A stretch of 64,000 nucleotides of DNA from Lama glama (Eukaryota), in the NCBI GenBank assembly GCA_028534125.1, contig CM052817.1, positions 38,938,001 through 39,002,000 of the forward strand. The letters run 5' to 3'. Below are positions 12,367-25,342 of the stretch, one piece after another (within the stretch, counting starts at the first letter, position 1; each line of letters opens with the position of its first letter). A program made the position numbers and the translations under genes. Below the pieces are notes generated by a model. That model searched no databases, was not told the DNA's origin, and was given only the letters and a program-made list of their open reading frames with translations.

Positions 12367-12883
12367 TGTGTTTGTCAATGTTCTCCAGAGTAACAGAGCC
12401 AATCAGCTATAACTCTCTAGAAAGAGATTTGTTATAAAGGATTGGCTCATGTGATCATGGAGGCTGAGATGTCCTTCTGTCTATCTGCTGTCTGCATGCT
12501 GGAAGCCAAGGGAAGCTGAGTAATGTAGTTCCCGTCCAAACCCGAAGACCTGAGAACCAGGGGAGTCAATGGTATAAACCCCCATCTTTGTCTGAAGGCC
12601 CAAGAACCGGGAGCACAGATGTCCAAGGGCAGGAAAGGATGAATGTCTGAGCTCAAGCAAGACAGCAAATGCACTCATCCTCCACCACTGTGTCTGGTTA
12701 GGCCCTCAAAGAGTTGGGTGATGTCCACCCACACTGGTGAGGGCCATCTTCTTCACTCAGTCTACAGATCCAAATGCTAATCTCTTCTGGAAACACCCTC
12801 ACAGACACTCTGAGCAGCAGTGTTTTATCAGCTCTCTGGGCATTCCTTAGCCCAGTCACGCTGACACAAAATTAACCATCACA
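12367..12883 (-). mobile_element. MLT2B-type ERVL LTR
   Basis: gttctccagag...aaggattggctcatgtgatcatggaggctgag...aatgctaatctcttctggaaacaccctcacagacac...aaattaaccatcaca. Confidence 0.88.
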
Positions 12884-13359
12884 GTGGTACAGCCAGGACC
12901 CAACCCAGGTCCCACTCTTGACACAAGAGTTTGTCAGCACTTCTTCTGTTTTCTCCTGTAGTTCACCTTCAGCCACGTGTTGCCGACATGGTCTCCTTAG
13001 CCTTCCCTTGCAGCACCTCCACCTCCCCAACATCACCCCCTTGGCCCCCTCACCTCTCCTTTTTCCACAGTACAGTTTAGCTCTGTTCCCAGTTGCCTAA
13101 ATTGTGCTTCCTACCCATACTATCACCAATATGCAGAAACCTTTATCCTGAGAACAACAAGCAAAGGATATGCCAATTACCAACAGATATCCACCCTCCT
13201 GAGAAGGGTGGTTAGAGTGTGTATATGGGGCAGGAGGGTGATTGTAAATAATAACCAATTTTGCTTTCCTATCAGATGTGTTTTTCTAAGTTAGTTTTGT
13301 GTTTGTTTTTCAGGGAGTTTTGCTTTTCTTTTCCGAGTATTTGGTAGGTGGCTTAGTAC

Positions 13360-13870
13360 TTTGCTGATTGACTGGATGTAAAGGATGAAAGAAATGGATG
13401 TGTCAAAGATGACTCCCAGGTTTTGACCTTGGAGGCTACTACAGAACGACCATGTTTGCCAAAGGCAGGGAAAGTCAAAAAAACTGCTACTTCCTCCCTC
13501 ACCCCAGTGGAAGTTAGCGGTGGGTGGGAACTGAGAATTTTATTTTGGACATGCATATGTGAGATGATAGTAACACCAGAGGTAAAAACGTTGAGGTAGT
13601 GGGAGTTGTGTTAAGACTGTGGTAGTAAGTGGGGGAACAAAAAATGAAGATAAAAGACAGGAATCACCACATGGGCCTGGGGGCTGGAACAGAGAGGCTG
13701 GAGAACCTCCCTCAAGGAATATGTACATGCAGAAGGCCGAGTGAGCGAGAGGCAGCGCCGAGGGAAAGACCCAGGGCAGCAGCAAGCAAAGAAAGGTAGG
13801 AAGAGAATCGGAATGTGGCAGCATCATGGAAGCCAGACAAGAGAAACATTCAACAAGAGCTAACACTGAT
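13360..13870 (-). mobile_element. L2 fragment
   Basis: gtcaaagatgactcccaggttttg...ttttggacatg...catcatggaagccag. Confidence 0.65.
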
Positions 13871-14819
13871 CAGCCTTTAATAATGGCCTGATTATTTCAA
13901 TTAAAATTCTCAATAACCATATGAGCAAAGCACTGCTGTTATATCTCTGTTCACTAATAAGGAAACTGGCTTACAAAGCTTATGCAATGGAGTCACACGG
14001 TTGGTAATCAAAACAAGACTGGGAGGACCCTAAAATCCAAGTTCTTACACACTACTCTCTAGGATGCATTTGAGAATCCAGAGTTTCTATGCAATTATTT
14101 AATCCTTACTGTGTACCAGGCTCTGTTACGTGCCTTTTATATACTTACTGAATTTTCACACACTCTTCAGATCTACTCTCCCCAAATAAAGTATAGAGAG
14201 GTGTTATGTGACTCACCGAAATCCACGTGGGTATTAAGTAATGGAGTTGGGATTTGACCTCTGTCAGTCTGTTCCAGAGTTTATACCAAAAAAAGGTTAA
14301 AAGGGAAGAAAAGGCCATTATTCCATTTTAGCAGTTAAAAGACATCCAGCCCTCTCTCATTCTGCAACATATTCCACAGGACAAACTTAGAAGGATGCTG
14401 TCTTAACCTGTGTCAGCTGGCTCTCGTGCTCTCTCTTCTTGTCCTGCATTCACCTTGCAGGCTCAGCCTCTCAGAGAGTCCTACCATCTTATCCATTCCA
14501 TGATCTCCTGCTGCCTTTCCTCCTTGTTCTGCTTCTCAGCCACTGCAGAGAGCTTGATGTTTCCAAAGGGCCCACTAGTCTCAGTTGAGCAGATTTTAGT
14601 TGCAAGTTGAAAATAGCTGACTGTCCAATGTGGTAAAATTGCAATCGTGTATTAATTTTTTCCATCTCCATTTCTTTTCTCTCTGATCAAAACCAGGACA
14701 CATGTTAAATATTTTCCGCCACCTCTTGGACTAGTATTCTTTCCTCCCTTCACCCATGAATGGATAAGGGAGCCGTGGTTAAAATGTAAATTTATGTGTT
14801 TATTATGAGCAGAAGGTAT

Positions 14820-15004
14820 AGGGTGGCCCAATTTAGCAAATAAAAGTACAGAATGCCCATTTGAATTTGAATTTCAGGTAAGCAAATATATATATCAGTA
14901 TGTCCCATGCAGAATTTGGAACATTTTATACTAAAAATAAATATTCGCTCTTTATCTGAAATTGAAATTTAACTAGGCATCCCTGTCTTTTATCTGGCAA
15001 CTGT
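14820..15004. mobile_element. MER53 palindromic MITE
   Basis: agggtggcccaatttagcaaataaaagtacag...gaatttcag...tatgtccca...tatctgaaattgaaatttaactaggcatcc...tatctggcaac, a fold-back structure. Confidence 0.85.
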
Positions 15005-15568
15005 ACCAGACTATGAATTCAGATCATCTTTTCAGACTTGGCAATTCAAATTAATCCAACCCAGTAACTCATGGTAAAAAATGAAAAATGGTACAAAATG
15101 TTGCCTCTGAGATCCTGTTCCATTTGAACTCACCTGGAGATATTTATAAACTGTACTTCCTGGGTACTCTGATGCTACGGACAAGGTCGCCCACATTCCG
15201 CAGGCAAAGGAGCGCGGTGATGTAACCAACACAGAATGAAACCTTATTTGTAATGTAATTGGAATCCAGGTGGTTCATGGCTATCTGGTTTCACAATGAA
15301 TTTGAGCATTCACTAGCTAAATTTATCTAATTGAAAATTAAGCTCAAATCTGCAATTTTCAAATTTATTGAAGTCAAGTCAATAACTACTTGAAGTCCTT
15401 TCAAGGCCTCTAAAACTATTTAGTTTTAAATGTCTGGTTTAAGTCTTGAGGTAACTTAATTGTCTACTGGGTTACCAACTTTCTCAATTTCTATGTACAC
15501 TATTAACTTCAGGCCCTTTTTCTCATTGATAAAACTATTAAAGATATCTAATCAGAAACAAATGTGAT

Positions 15569-18500
15569 GGCAAAGGATCAGCCAAGATGACAGAGTAGAA
15601 GGACCCTGAGATCACCTCCTCTCATGGGCACACCAAAATTACAGCTATTTGAACAATCATCAGTGAGAAAGACTGGAACCGACTATTCAATTTAGGTATA
15701 TCATCTACAGCTAATGATATAAAGAAGGAACCACAACAGGACAGGGAGGAGGAGTGGAGCTGAGGTACAGTCAAGTCCCATACCCCCAGGTGGGGGACCC
15801 ACAAACAGGAGAATAATTACAATCACAAAGATACTCCCTTAGGAGCAAGGGGTGTGAGCCTCACATCAGGATACCCAGGCCGGGGATGCTGAACAGGGAA
15901 AACAAGCCCCTAGAATGTTTGGCTTTGAAGGCCAGTGGGGCTTACTTTTAGGAGACCCAGAGGACTGGGGGAAATATAGACTCCATTCTTACAGGGCACA
16001 CACAAAATTTCACAAGCTTTGGGACCCAGGGCAGAAGCAGTAATTTGAAAAGAGCCTGGATCAGAACAACTGCTACTCTTGGCAAGTCTCGGGGAGAGGC
16101 AGGAGGCAACTGGACCTCACCCTGGTAACACAAACACCGGAGGAAGCCATTACTGAGAGCTTGTTCTACCACATGGCTACTGGTGCTGACAAGCACCATT
16201 CTGGAATCTTCACTTTAGCTTGTTGACCTTGAAACCCAGGCCCTTCCCACCCCCCCCCAACCGGCCTATAGGCACAGTACTGGGACACCAAGCAGCTAAC
16301 TGGGCAGGTACATAGCCCCATCCACTATAAGAGAGGCTGCCTTAAAATTCCCCTGCTGACCTGAAGGTCCAGGACCTGGCCCAACATACTAGGGTGTGGG
16401 CACTAGACCTGAGACCCCAAGTTCCCTGCAGCCAGAGACCCTGTGACCCAGCTCTACCTACCAGTGGGCAGGCAACAGCCCCAAAATGCCAAGCCCCATC
16501 CACCATCCGGCCTATTCTAGCCTTAGGATCAGCCTAACCTACCAGCAGGCAGACACCAGCCCCAGGGCAATGACAGCCCCATAGCCTGAAGACCTAGCCT
16601 GCTAACCAGCAGGCCAGCTGGGCCCTAGCCCCACCCACCAGCAGGCCAATAAAGCTTCAGGACACCCTAGACCCTACACCCAGCTGTGTCTAGAACTGGC
16701 ACCATCACTGTTGAGTGGTCCAACACCAGCTCTGAGACCTCTGGGCCCTTGCAACTAAACCTCACGTCCTGGCTCTGCCCACTAGTGGGTCGGCACTACT
16801 CTCAGGACCTGGTTTCACACACTTGTGGGCAGGCACCAGCCCCAGGATCTCTTGGACCCCAAACTGATCCACCAGTGAGCCAGCACTATCCCTGGGGCCC
16901 CCCAGGATTCTGCAGCCAGCTACCTCATGACCCAGCCCCACCAACTATCAATCAGCAGGCTCCACACAAGGCAGGTCCTGGCAACCAACCAGACCAGGGG
17001 CCACCCAAGCCTACTGGACCAAATATGGCTGTCAGCCCCCCACAATAGTAAGATCCACACTCCTGACATAGGGGGTACCCCTAGAGCATATAGCTCTGAT
17101 GATCAGAGGGGAGTATTCTCCTGGGATGCATAGGACCTCCTACCAAAGGGCACTTATCCACAGCCAGAAAATGTAACCAACTGACAGGACAATCATCAGT
17201 GAGAAAGACTGGAACCTACCATTTTAGGTATGTCATCTACAGCTAATGATATAAAGAAGGAACCACAACAGGACAGGTAGGAGGAGTGGAGTTGAGCCCC
17301 ATCCACCATCTGGCCTGTTCTAGATACAAAAGCATATATAGATACAAAAACAGTAAGTTAGGCAAATTGAGGCAGCAGAGGAACATATTCCAAATGAAGG
17401 GAACTAAGTAAAGAGGCAATCTACTCAAGAAAGAGTTCAGGATAATGACCATAAAGATTATCAAAGAACTCCAGAGGAGAATGGATACACAGAGCAAGAA
17501 GTTAGAAGTTTTAATAAAGAGTTAGAAAATATAAAGAAGAACCAAACAGAGATGAAGACTATAATAACTAAATGAAAAATACACTGGAAGACAACACAAA
17601 CAAATGAAAAAATATACAGTGTTTATGGATTAGAAGAATTAGTACTGTTAAAATGACCACACTAACCAAGGCAATCTATAGTTTCAAAGCAATCCCTCTC
17701 AAAATACCAATGGCATTTTTCACAGAACTGGAACAAATAATTAAAAAATTTTTAATGGAAACTAGAAAATGCTGACTAGCCAAAACAACCTCGAGAAAAA
17801 GAACAGAGCTGGGGGGTATCATGCTCCCTGACTTCAGATTATCCTACAAAACTACAGTTATCAAAACAGTATGGCACTGACACAAAAACAGACACATAGA
17901 TCAATGGAACAGAATAGAGAGCCCAGAAATAAACCCACACACTCATGCTCAATTTATCTACGAGAAAGGAGGCAAGAATATGTAATGGAGAAAAGACAGT
18001 CTCCTCAATAAGTGGTGCTGGGAAAACGGAATAGTTTCACGTGAAAAAATGAGATTAAAACATTTTCTTATACCATATACAGAAATCAACTCAAATGGAT
18101 TTAAGATCTGAATGTAAGACTGGAAGCCATAAAACTCCCAGAAGAGAACATAGGCAGAACACTCTTTGACATAAATTGTAGCAATATATTTTTTGAATCT
18201 GTCTCCTAAGGCAAAGGAAACAAAAGCAAAAATAAATTAATGGGTCCTAATTAAACTTAAAAGTTTTTACATAGCAAAGGAAACTACAAAATGAAAGACA
18301 ACCTATTGAATGGGAAAAATACTTGCAAATATTATGATTGATAAGAGATTAACATCCAAAATAGCTCATAAAATTAAAACATAGAAGAAGATCTGAATAG
18401 ACATTTTTCCATAGGAGACTTACAGGTGGCCGGCAGGCACTTGAAAAAATGCTCAATGTCACTAATCATCAGAGAAAAGCAAATCAAAACCACAATGATA

Positions 18501-19396
18501 TAGCACTTCACACCTGACAGAATGGCTATCGTCAAAAAGACCACAAATAACAAATGTTGATGATGATGTAGAGAAAGTAAGTTGGTGCAGGTACTGTGGA
18601 AAGCAGTGTGGAGGTTCCTCAAAAAACTGAAAATAGACCTACCACATAATCCAGCATTTCTACTTCTGGGTATGTATCTGAAGAAAATGAAAACATTGAC
18701 TTGAAAATATATATGTACCCCAATGTTCAAAGCAGCATTATTTACAATAGGCAAGATATGGAAGCAAGCTGACTTTCCATCAACAGATGAGTGGAAAAAC
18801 ATGTGGTACATATGTACAATGGAATACTACTCAGCCATAAAAAGTGGCACATAAAACTGTGCCACTTGCAACAACATGTATGGACCCATAGGATATTATG
18901 CTTAGTGAAATAAGTCAGAGAAAGATAAATACTATATGTTATCAGTTATATGCAGAGTCTACAAAATAAAACAAACTAGTGAATATAACAAAAACGAAAA
19001 AGACTCAGAGATATAGAGAACAAACTAGTGCTTACCAGTGGGGAGAGGGAGGAGGAGGAGCAAGATAGGGGTAGGAGATTAAGAAGTACAAGTTACTATG
19101 TATAAAATAAATAAGTACATTGTATAGCACACGGAATATAGTCATATTTATAGTAACTCTAAAAGGAGAACAATCTTTAAGAATTGTGAATCACTATGTT
19201 GTAAACTTGAAACTTCTATAATATTGTAAATCAACTATACTTCAATTAAAAATTTAAGAAAAAGGTTACATAAAACTAAATAAAATGTTATTCTGATGCC
19301 ATATTAATCAATTAAAAAAGACTACAAATCTGAATTTATTATTATTATACTTACAATTATATGAATAGAGTTATTCATTCCAGAATGTTAAAAAAA
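15569..19396 (+). mobile_element. LINE-1 with intact 5' end, large internal ORF1-ORF2 deletion, 3'UTR and 15-bp TSD
   Basis: 5'UTR begins ggatcagccaagatgacagagtagaagg. ORF1 N-terminal region ~17367-17590; ORF2 C-terminal part ~17590-18900; 3' end aaatcaactatacttcaattaaaa ~19250. TSD agaaacaaatgtgat at 15554-15568 and 19397-19411. Confidence 0.92.
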
Positions 19397-20001
19397 AGAA
19401 ACAAATGTGATTGCATTAAGATGGATAGAATAGTGATGTTCCTAATTTAGACTTCTTTTACTCTGATAGATCTAATATCTTTATACATTTTGTCAGTAAA
19501 AAGTACCCTCTGTATGTCAGCGCCATATAATTTATACCCATTAAAAAATCCAAAATAGGAATAAAAGAAACTGATTCTTTGTCATTCATTTATTCTGAGC
19601 CTGGTTGGAGATACAGTGGAGAAAAATGGTAGCTCATCTCTATTTGCGCCATCCACTTCTCCAAGTACTTTACATGTCAGTCTTTTAACCCTCACAAAAC
19701 TCATGAGTAAGTACTTTGATAATCGTCTATTTTACAAATGGGTGATCTGTAAAATCACCCATCTGGATATGCAAGGAGCAGTTTAAATAACTCGGCCAAG
19801 GTCACATTCCTAGGAAGTGTCAGTGGCAAGATGAAACTCAGGCGGTTTAGTGTTCAAGCCTACTCGCACATGTACGTCTTCACCATGAAAAGAACAGGTA
19901 TTGGTCTCTGCCCCAGTGGAGCTTACAATACTCTCAGATGCTATTGCCTTTAATATACACACTATGAGCAAAACCCAATGTTGGTTAATTAAAGGCAAGT
20001 A

Positions 20002-20115
20002 CAGTTGACCCTTGAACAAGGCAAGGGTTAAGGACATCCACCCTCCATCGATTCAAAAATCCAAGTATAATTTATAGTTGGCCCTCCGTATACACAGTTG
20101 GGTTCCTCAGTATCC
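20002..20115 (+). mobile_element. Tigger-family DNA transposon end
   Basis: TA followed by the terminal repeat cagttgacccttgaacaa. Confidence 0.7.
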
Positions 20116-20290
20116 ACTTACTCTTTTTAAATAAAATGTTCTCTATTTCATAATAAACCCAATATGGGTCTTAAATCTTACTTTTATTCTATATTTTCCA
20201 ATTGCTCAATTCTAGAATGTATTTTGTAGGAATATATTCTAGGTACCAACCCAAATCGAATATCAAGAAATCTAAATTTGCCCAAATAAA

Positions 20291-20321
20291 CATGTGCACG
20301 TGCATGTGCGCACGTGCGCGT

Positions 20322-20356
<35 letters not shown>
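20291..20356. repeat. Alternating purine-pyrimidine tract (mixed TG/CG then (CA)n)
   Basis: catgtgcacgtgcatgtgcgcacgtgcgcgtgcgcacacaca... Confidence 0.9.
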
Positions 20357-20359
<3 letters not shown>

Positions 20360-20434
20360 ACTGCTTTAGAAATGATTTATTTATGGTAATGCTTTAAAGA
20401 GCAAGTTCACTCTAGCTTATTTAAAATCTTTCCA

Positions 20435-20518
20435 GGCGGAGGGTATAGCTCAATGGTACAGCACATGCTTAGCATGTGCGAAGTCCTTAGTACAATCCCC
20501 AGTACTTCTTTCAAAAAA
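20435..20518 (+). mobile_element. tRNA-derived SINE, Vic-1-like (camelid)
   Basis: ggagggtatagctcaatggtacagcacatgcttagcatgtgcgaagtccttagtacaatccccagtac, with decayed A and B boxes; paralogue at 55335. Confidence 0.85.
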
Positions 20519-21720
20519 TTTTTTTTTCTTTTTAGTCTTGTTCTAAAATATACATTCTTTAAAGAAAATATATGTTTTCTGACCTCAGTCCATCTGATCT
20601 CAGAGAGTCAAACTTTTCAGTTTTTCTAAACTTGCCCTGGCAAGTCAATGTCAGCAGTGGAGGTGGTGGAGGGAGGGGACTGGGAGACAGAGAGATGGGA
20701 AGGAGAGGTGACCTGACTACTGAAGCCATTTTGGGTGGTTGGCTGAGGCAAGGCCATATCATCAGTTGGGCAGGAGCCTGGGCTCCCCAGGCAGGCTGCC
20801 CTAATTTGTAATTCTGGACCTTTTACTTCCTGACATTGTGGCTTTAGGCAAGCTACTTAATTTCCATAAGACTGTTTCATCATCTATAGAGCTGAACAAA
20901 TAATACCATAAACCTCATGGAGTTGGTATGCAATTTATAAAATAATACTTTCTATTTACATTAGTTTTTAAGACTTGTTATTCTTCTAATTAGCAATCTT
21001 ATTCAGGCATCCCAGCTATTGAATACCACTGGCTCAGCTGGGCAAGGAAAAAGGAGGGTTATTTTAATTATAGCGAGTAGGCTGTTACCACTGAAACATG
21101 TTATTCCTGTTTCCACAGGCTGCTGATGATGTCGCAGATTATTCGCTGCTTTGAAATATCCTTAAGCACAAACAGTATCTCTTTCCAGGAGGATATTAAA
21201 AACAGATAATGACAGCCTAACTTCTCCAAGCTTATTTCAATACATTTATCAGCAAAGGTTTTCTTCTACTTGAGCCTTGCAATTCAAAGGAAACAATTGA
21301 AGTATCAGCTTTCCTGCAAAGGAGAAACAAAAATAAAAATTGTAGGACTGTGAGTTCCAGCTTTCACTACCCTGCTGGCTTCTTCAGACACACCCAGAAC
21401 CAATCTTAAAGATCATAATCTAAACCAAGAACCAAAGCCCACAAATCAGCATGCCTCCTGAGCAATGGGATGAAAAGAACACTAACAGCCAAAGGTTTAT
21501 TTATTTCATTGTTGCTAGGATGATTACTTTGATTTTTTTTTTTTTTGGCCAAAATTGAAGCGAATTTTCTAAGATTTGGATTGGTTTGTTTATTAACTCT
21601 TACCCTATAAAAAATGGTTGTATTGTTTTTCCAGGATTTGGATTTCTCTGAAATCTTGCTTTAAAATGTAAATTATTGCTGATCTTTTGACATACTCCCT
21701 TCTAGTCTTCTTTATATATA

Positions 21721-22044
21721 TAGGCAGCCCTCCTTATCTGCAGGTTTTGCATACACAGATTCCAACAACCACAAATTGAAAATATTTTTGAAAAATTCCA
21801 GAAAGTTCCAAAAAAGCCCAAAACTTGAATTTGCTGCACACCTGACAACTATTTATACAGCATTTACAGTGAGTGTATTATGTATTATAAGTAATCTAAA
21901 GATGATTTAAAGTATTCAGGAGGATGTACATAGGTTACATGTGGGCACTACATCATCCTATAGAAGGGACTTCAGCACCTGTGGATTCTGGTATCCATGG
22001 AGTATACTGGAATCAATCCTCCGATGATACTGAGGAACAACTGT
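21721..22044. mobile_element. Tigger3/Golem-like DNA transposon
   Basis: gtaatctaaagatgatttaaagtattcaggaggatgtacataggttac...gatactgaggaacaactg, followed by TA. Confidence 0.8.
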
Positions 22045-23577
22045 ATACACACACACAGACATCTCCATACACAGCATTTTGGTCTTTTTTTTTTTTCTTC
22101 ACTTAATAGTATAAAGTATTTTCCCAAGCACAACTTTTAAGGCCTGGATTACACAGGAGTTTTTTCTCCTAATTCTGCCTCTCAATGAAGCAGACTCTCA
22201 AACAGCTGGCTTCACATGGCGGTGTCACACGTGTGGGCTGGGCTGTGGGGAGTCTGGTGGTGCCTGCCAGTTGCTGCTTTCCCAACATTTTCAACCTAAG
22301 CGGCCCTTAGCCTCACAACCTCAAGCCTGGATGGCTTGGCTATTCACTTCTTATTCTCCCAGTCACCCATGCCTACCTCCTCCACTGGTTAGGGTGCCCA
22401 TTTCTTTGGTGCGTTTGCCAGACCTTCTTGGGGATGAGGGAAATGGAGGAAACGGATGGCAGCCAAGTTTCTTTTTTCATAATGCTAAGTTTCCTCAGCT
22501 CAGAGTGTAACTGCCAATGATCCACACTCTGCTTTGATGCAGGACAGACAGCCAATTCGTCACCTATTTCCAGCCTTTCTCCACTTCTGTAAGACACCCA
22601 ACAATGCAAACCAAAGCAGGGTCTAGGATTTTCCATCTAAGTGGCAGACGAGAGGGGACCACCACTAGCTAAGCGGGTCCTACTTACTGAGAGCCTACTG
22701 CTGGCCAGGCACCATAATCTACATTCTCTTTTAGTTTTTACAATGATAGCATCAGATATCGCCATTATTTTGCATATTTCTAAACTGAGTTTCAGAGAAG
22801 GTAAGGATAAGAGATTTGCCAAAGACTTAATGGCCAGCCATTACCAAAAAAAAACAGGTCTGCTACGGTTTTGTACTTTCCACAGTGAGAATCTGACTCC
22901 CAATATATGGTGATGTTTCAGCGCCCTATCACATTAGTATATTTCAGTGAACCCAAGGGCCCTTCTTGTATGTTTTATTTATTTATTTTTGAATACTGCA
23001 CATCATTCTGCAACTTTTCTCTTTTTGTTTAATAATATGCTTTGGAGTTCTGTGTATAAGGACACATCAATGAACTTCATAATTTTATTGTCTGGGTAGC
23101 TTTCCATTTCTCATTGCATGGTAATTTTCATGATTCTTAATTGTGAAGAACAGAACTTCCTCTGGATGATTTAAACAGAAGAGAATTTGTGCAAGACTAC
23201 TGAGCAATTTAATAATCTCTGGGACAATCAGAGCACCATTCTCTGAAGCTCTGTAGCCAGCAACATCACCCTAAAAAGCTGCCAGGAATCCCCATGCAGG
23301 GTAGGCCTTGCTGACTGGTGGTCTCCATCACTGTGTGATCAAGTGGAGGCCTCTGAATATCAATATTCTTTTTTTTTCATTCCTTATTGATTTGGTCAAT
23401 TTTCCCCAAGAGAAATTCTTCACTCTTCTGCCTATGGGTTTCTCTCTCATGTTCTGGAAGCCACATGGAGGTTGGTGGTGGAGGGGAGTATATTTGGAAG
23501 TCTCACTTTTGAAGACGCAGATATCCGTACTTGCTTTTAGTTCAGTCCCTTACCACCTCTTTCAGCTGCGTGTAAGT

Positions 23578-24105
23578 TGTTACTGAGTCCAAGCTCCCAC
23601 TGCTCTCCCCATGACAGGCCAATAAATTGAGAGATGAGCTGTTGGGGCAAGGAATAGTGACTTTATTTGGAAATCCAGAAGACTGAGAAGATGGTGGAAT
23701 ACTGTCCCAAAGAATCATCTTACCCGTGTTATAATTCAGGCTTCTTTTACACTAAAAGGGGAGGTGGCAGTGGCTGTTTGTTGCAGAATTCCTGCTGTGG
23801 GCCAGATCCCGGAGGAGATGTGATAATCCTTTGTACTTGCAGCTATCCATGTAGGTCGGGTCACCAGGTTTCTGTACACCTCCAGTAATCTGTTCTACAA
23901 CTTTTTGTCTCTAAATAAACCTTGACCTTTGAAGGTCAACCCTGGGAGGCAGAGCCTTGAGAAAGGGTTATTATATATGTTTCAGGCTGTAGGCAACATT
24001 CTTTCATAAAGGTGTAGAGTCAGCATGACTAAGCACGGGCAACAGAGAACAAAGCTTAAAGCTAAAGGAATAGATCCAATATGGAGCCAGGATTGTTCTG
24101 ATACA
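23578..24105 (-). mobile_element. ERV1-type solo LTR (lineage-specific)
   Basis: TGTTAC...ATACA termini; tttatt (minus-strand polyA signal) near 23662; ccaatatggag near the far end. Confidence 0.75.
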
Positions 24106-24674
24106 ATGCCTCCAGCTTCACGGACTCCATGGTTCAAAGAGAATCAACTGTCTTCCACCAGACTGGGAAACTAGCCTCCTTAAAATTAGTATATTTGCTC
24201 CTCATATCAAATCTCAATCAGTCCTTCAGTTTTTAGCCCTAATCCTAACATCCACTTGCAGATCGGCCTGGTGATTCTGTAACTTTTTAGTGGCAGCAGT
24301 AAGAGGTAGAGGTGCCTTGTAGTGGGAAATAACTGACTTCTTACTGGCTTTTCTCCCAGTGACAATTCAATGTCAGCTTTCTATATCAGTTATTATTTAT
24401 CTATCTACTTGCTAGTTTCCAAATTTTGTTGACGTTTTCATCTACTCTTTTCTCATCTCCTCTTCCTTCCTTTTCTTTTTCCATCTCCCTTTTTATTTAT
24501 TCTTTTGGCTTTGTATCTTTTTAATTCCCTTACTCTAGTTATAGTGAGTGTTGGTAGATAGTGGTGATAAACATGGTGTTAATTACACCACATTTAAATG
24601 GAGATCCTTATTACAATATGATCTGAAATAATATTTATCAAAAAGAGGATCTCTATTGATGGAGAAATCAAAAG

Positions 24675-25342
24675 TCTCACAGATAAAAGCTAAAAGAATT
24701 CAGTACCATCAAACTAGCTTTACAACAAACATTAAAGGACTTCTCTAGTCATCAAACCATAAGAAAAGAGAACAAAAAAGAAGAAAGAGGGGGAAAAAAA
24801 GACCTACAAAAGATTGCTTTGGCAATTCAGGGTCTTTTATGGTTCCATATAAATTCTGGAATTGTTTGTTCTAGTTCTGTGAAAAATGTTGTGGGTATTT
24901 TGACAGGGGTTGCATTGGATCTGTAGATTGCTTTGGGTACTACAGCCATTTTCATAATGTTGAATCTTCCTATCCAAGAACACAAGATATCTTTCCATTT
25001 CTTTGTACCATCTTCAATTTCCTTCATCAGTGTTTTACAGTTTTCAGAGTATAGCTAACCTCCTTGGTTAAGCTTATTTCTAGATATTTTGTTCTTTTTG
25101 ATGCAATGGAAATGTTTATGCCAGTTATAAAATTCTAGTTTTTGAAGTGGAAAAAAAAAGTGAATTAAGGGCTTCAAATGGCAAAATATCCTTCTTTCTT
25201 ATGGATGAGTTGTATTCCATTACATACATATGCTGCATCTTCTTTGTCAATTCATCTATTGATGTGCACTTAGGATGCTTCCATATCTTGGCAATTATAA
25301 ATAATTTCGTTGTTAATAGTTGGGTGTATGTAGCTTCTTGAT
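24675..25342. mobile_element. Scrambled L1 pieces: plus ORF1 end/spacer (~24675-24810), minus ORF2 (24811-~25110), minus ORF2 C-terminal piece (~25170-25342)
   Basis: Minus [47 protein letters not shown] is L1 ORF2. Plus aagctaaaagaattcagtaccatcaaactagctttacaa is the end of ORF1. Confidence 0.85.

Noticed and set aside
18374..18811. 145-aa minus-strand ORF, and similar ORFs at 26146-26942
   Set aside because: Antisense readings of L1 ORF2/3' region, a common artefact.
20435..20518. tRNA-like sequences here and at 55335
   Set aside because: No closed acceptor stem; A-rich tails and a TSD show they are SINEs, not tRNA genes.
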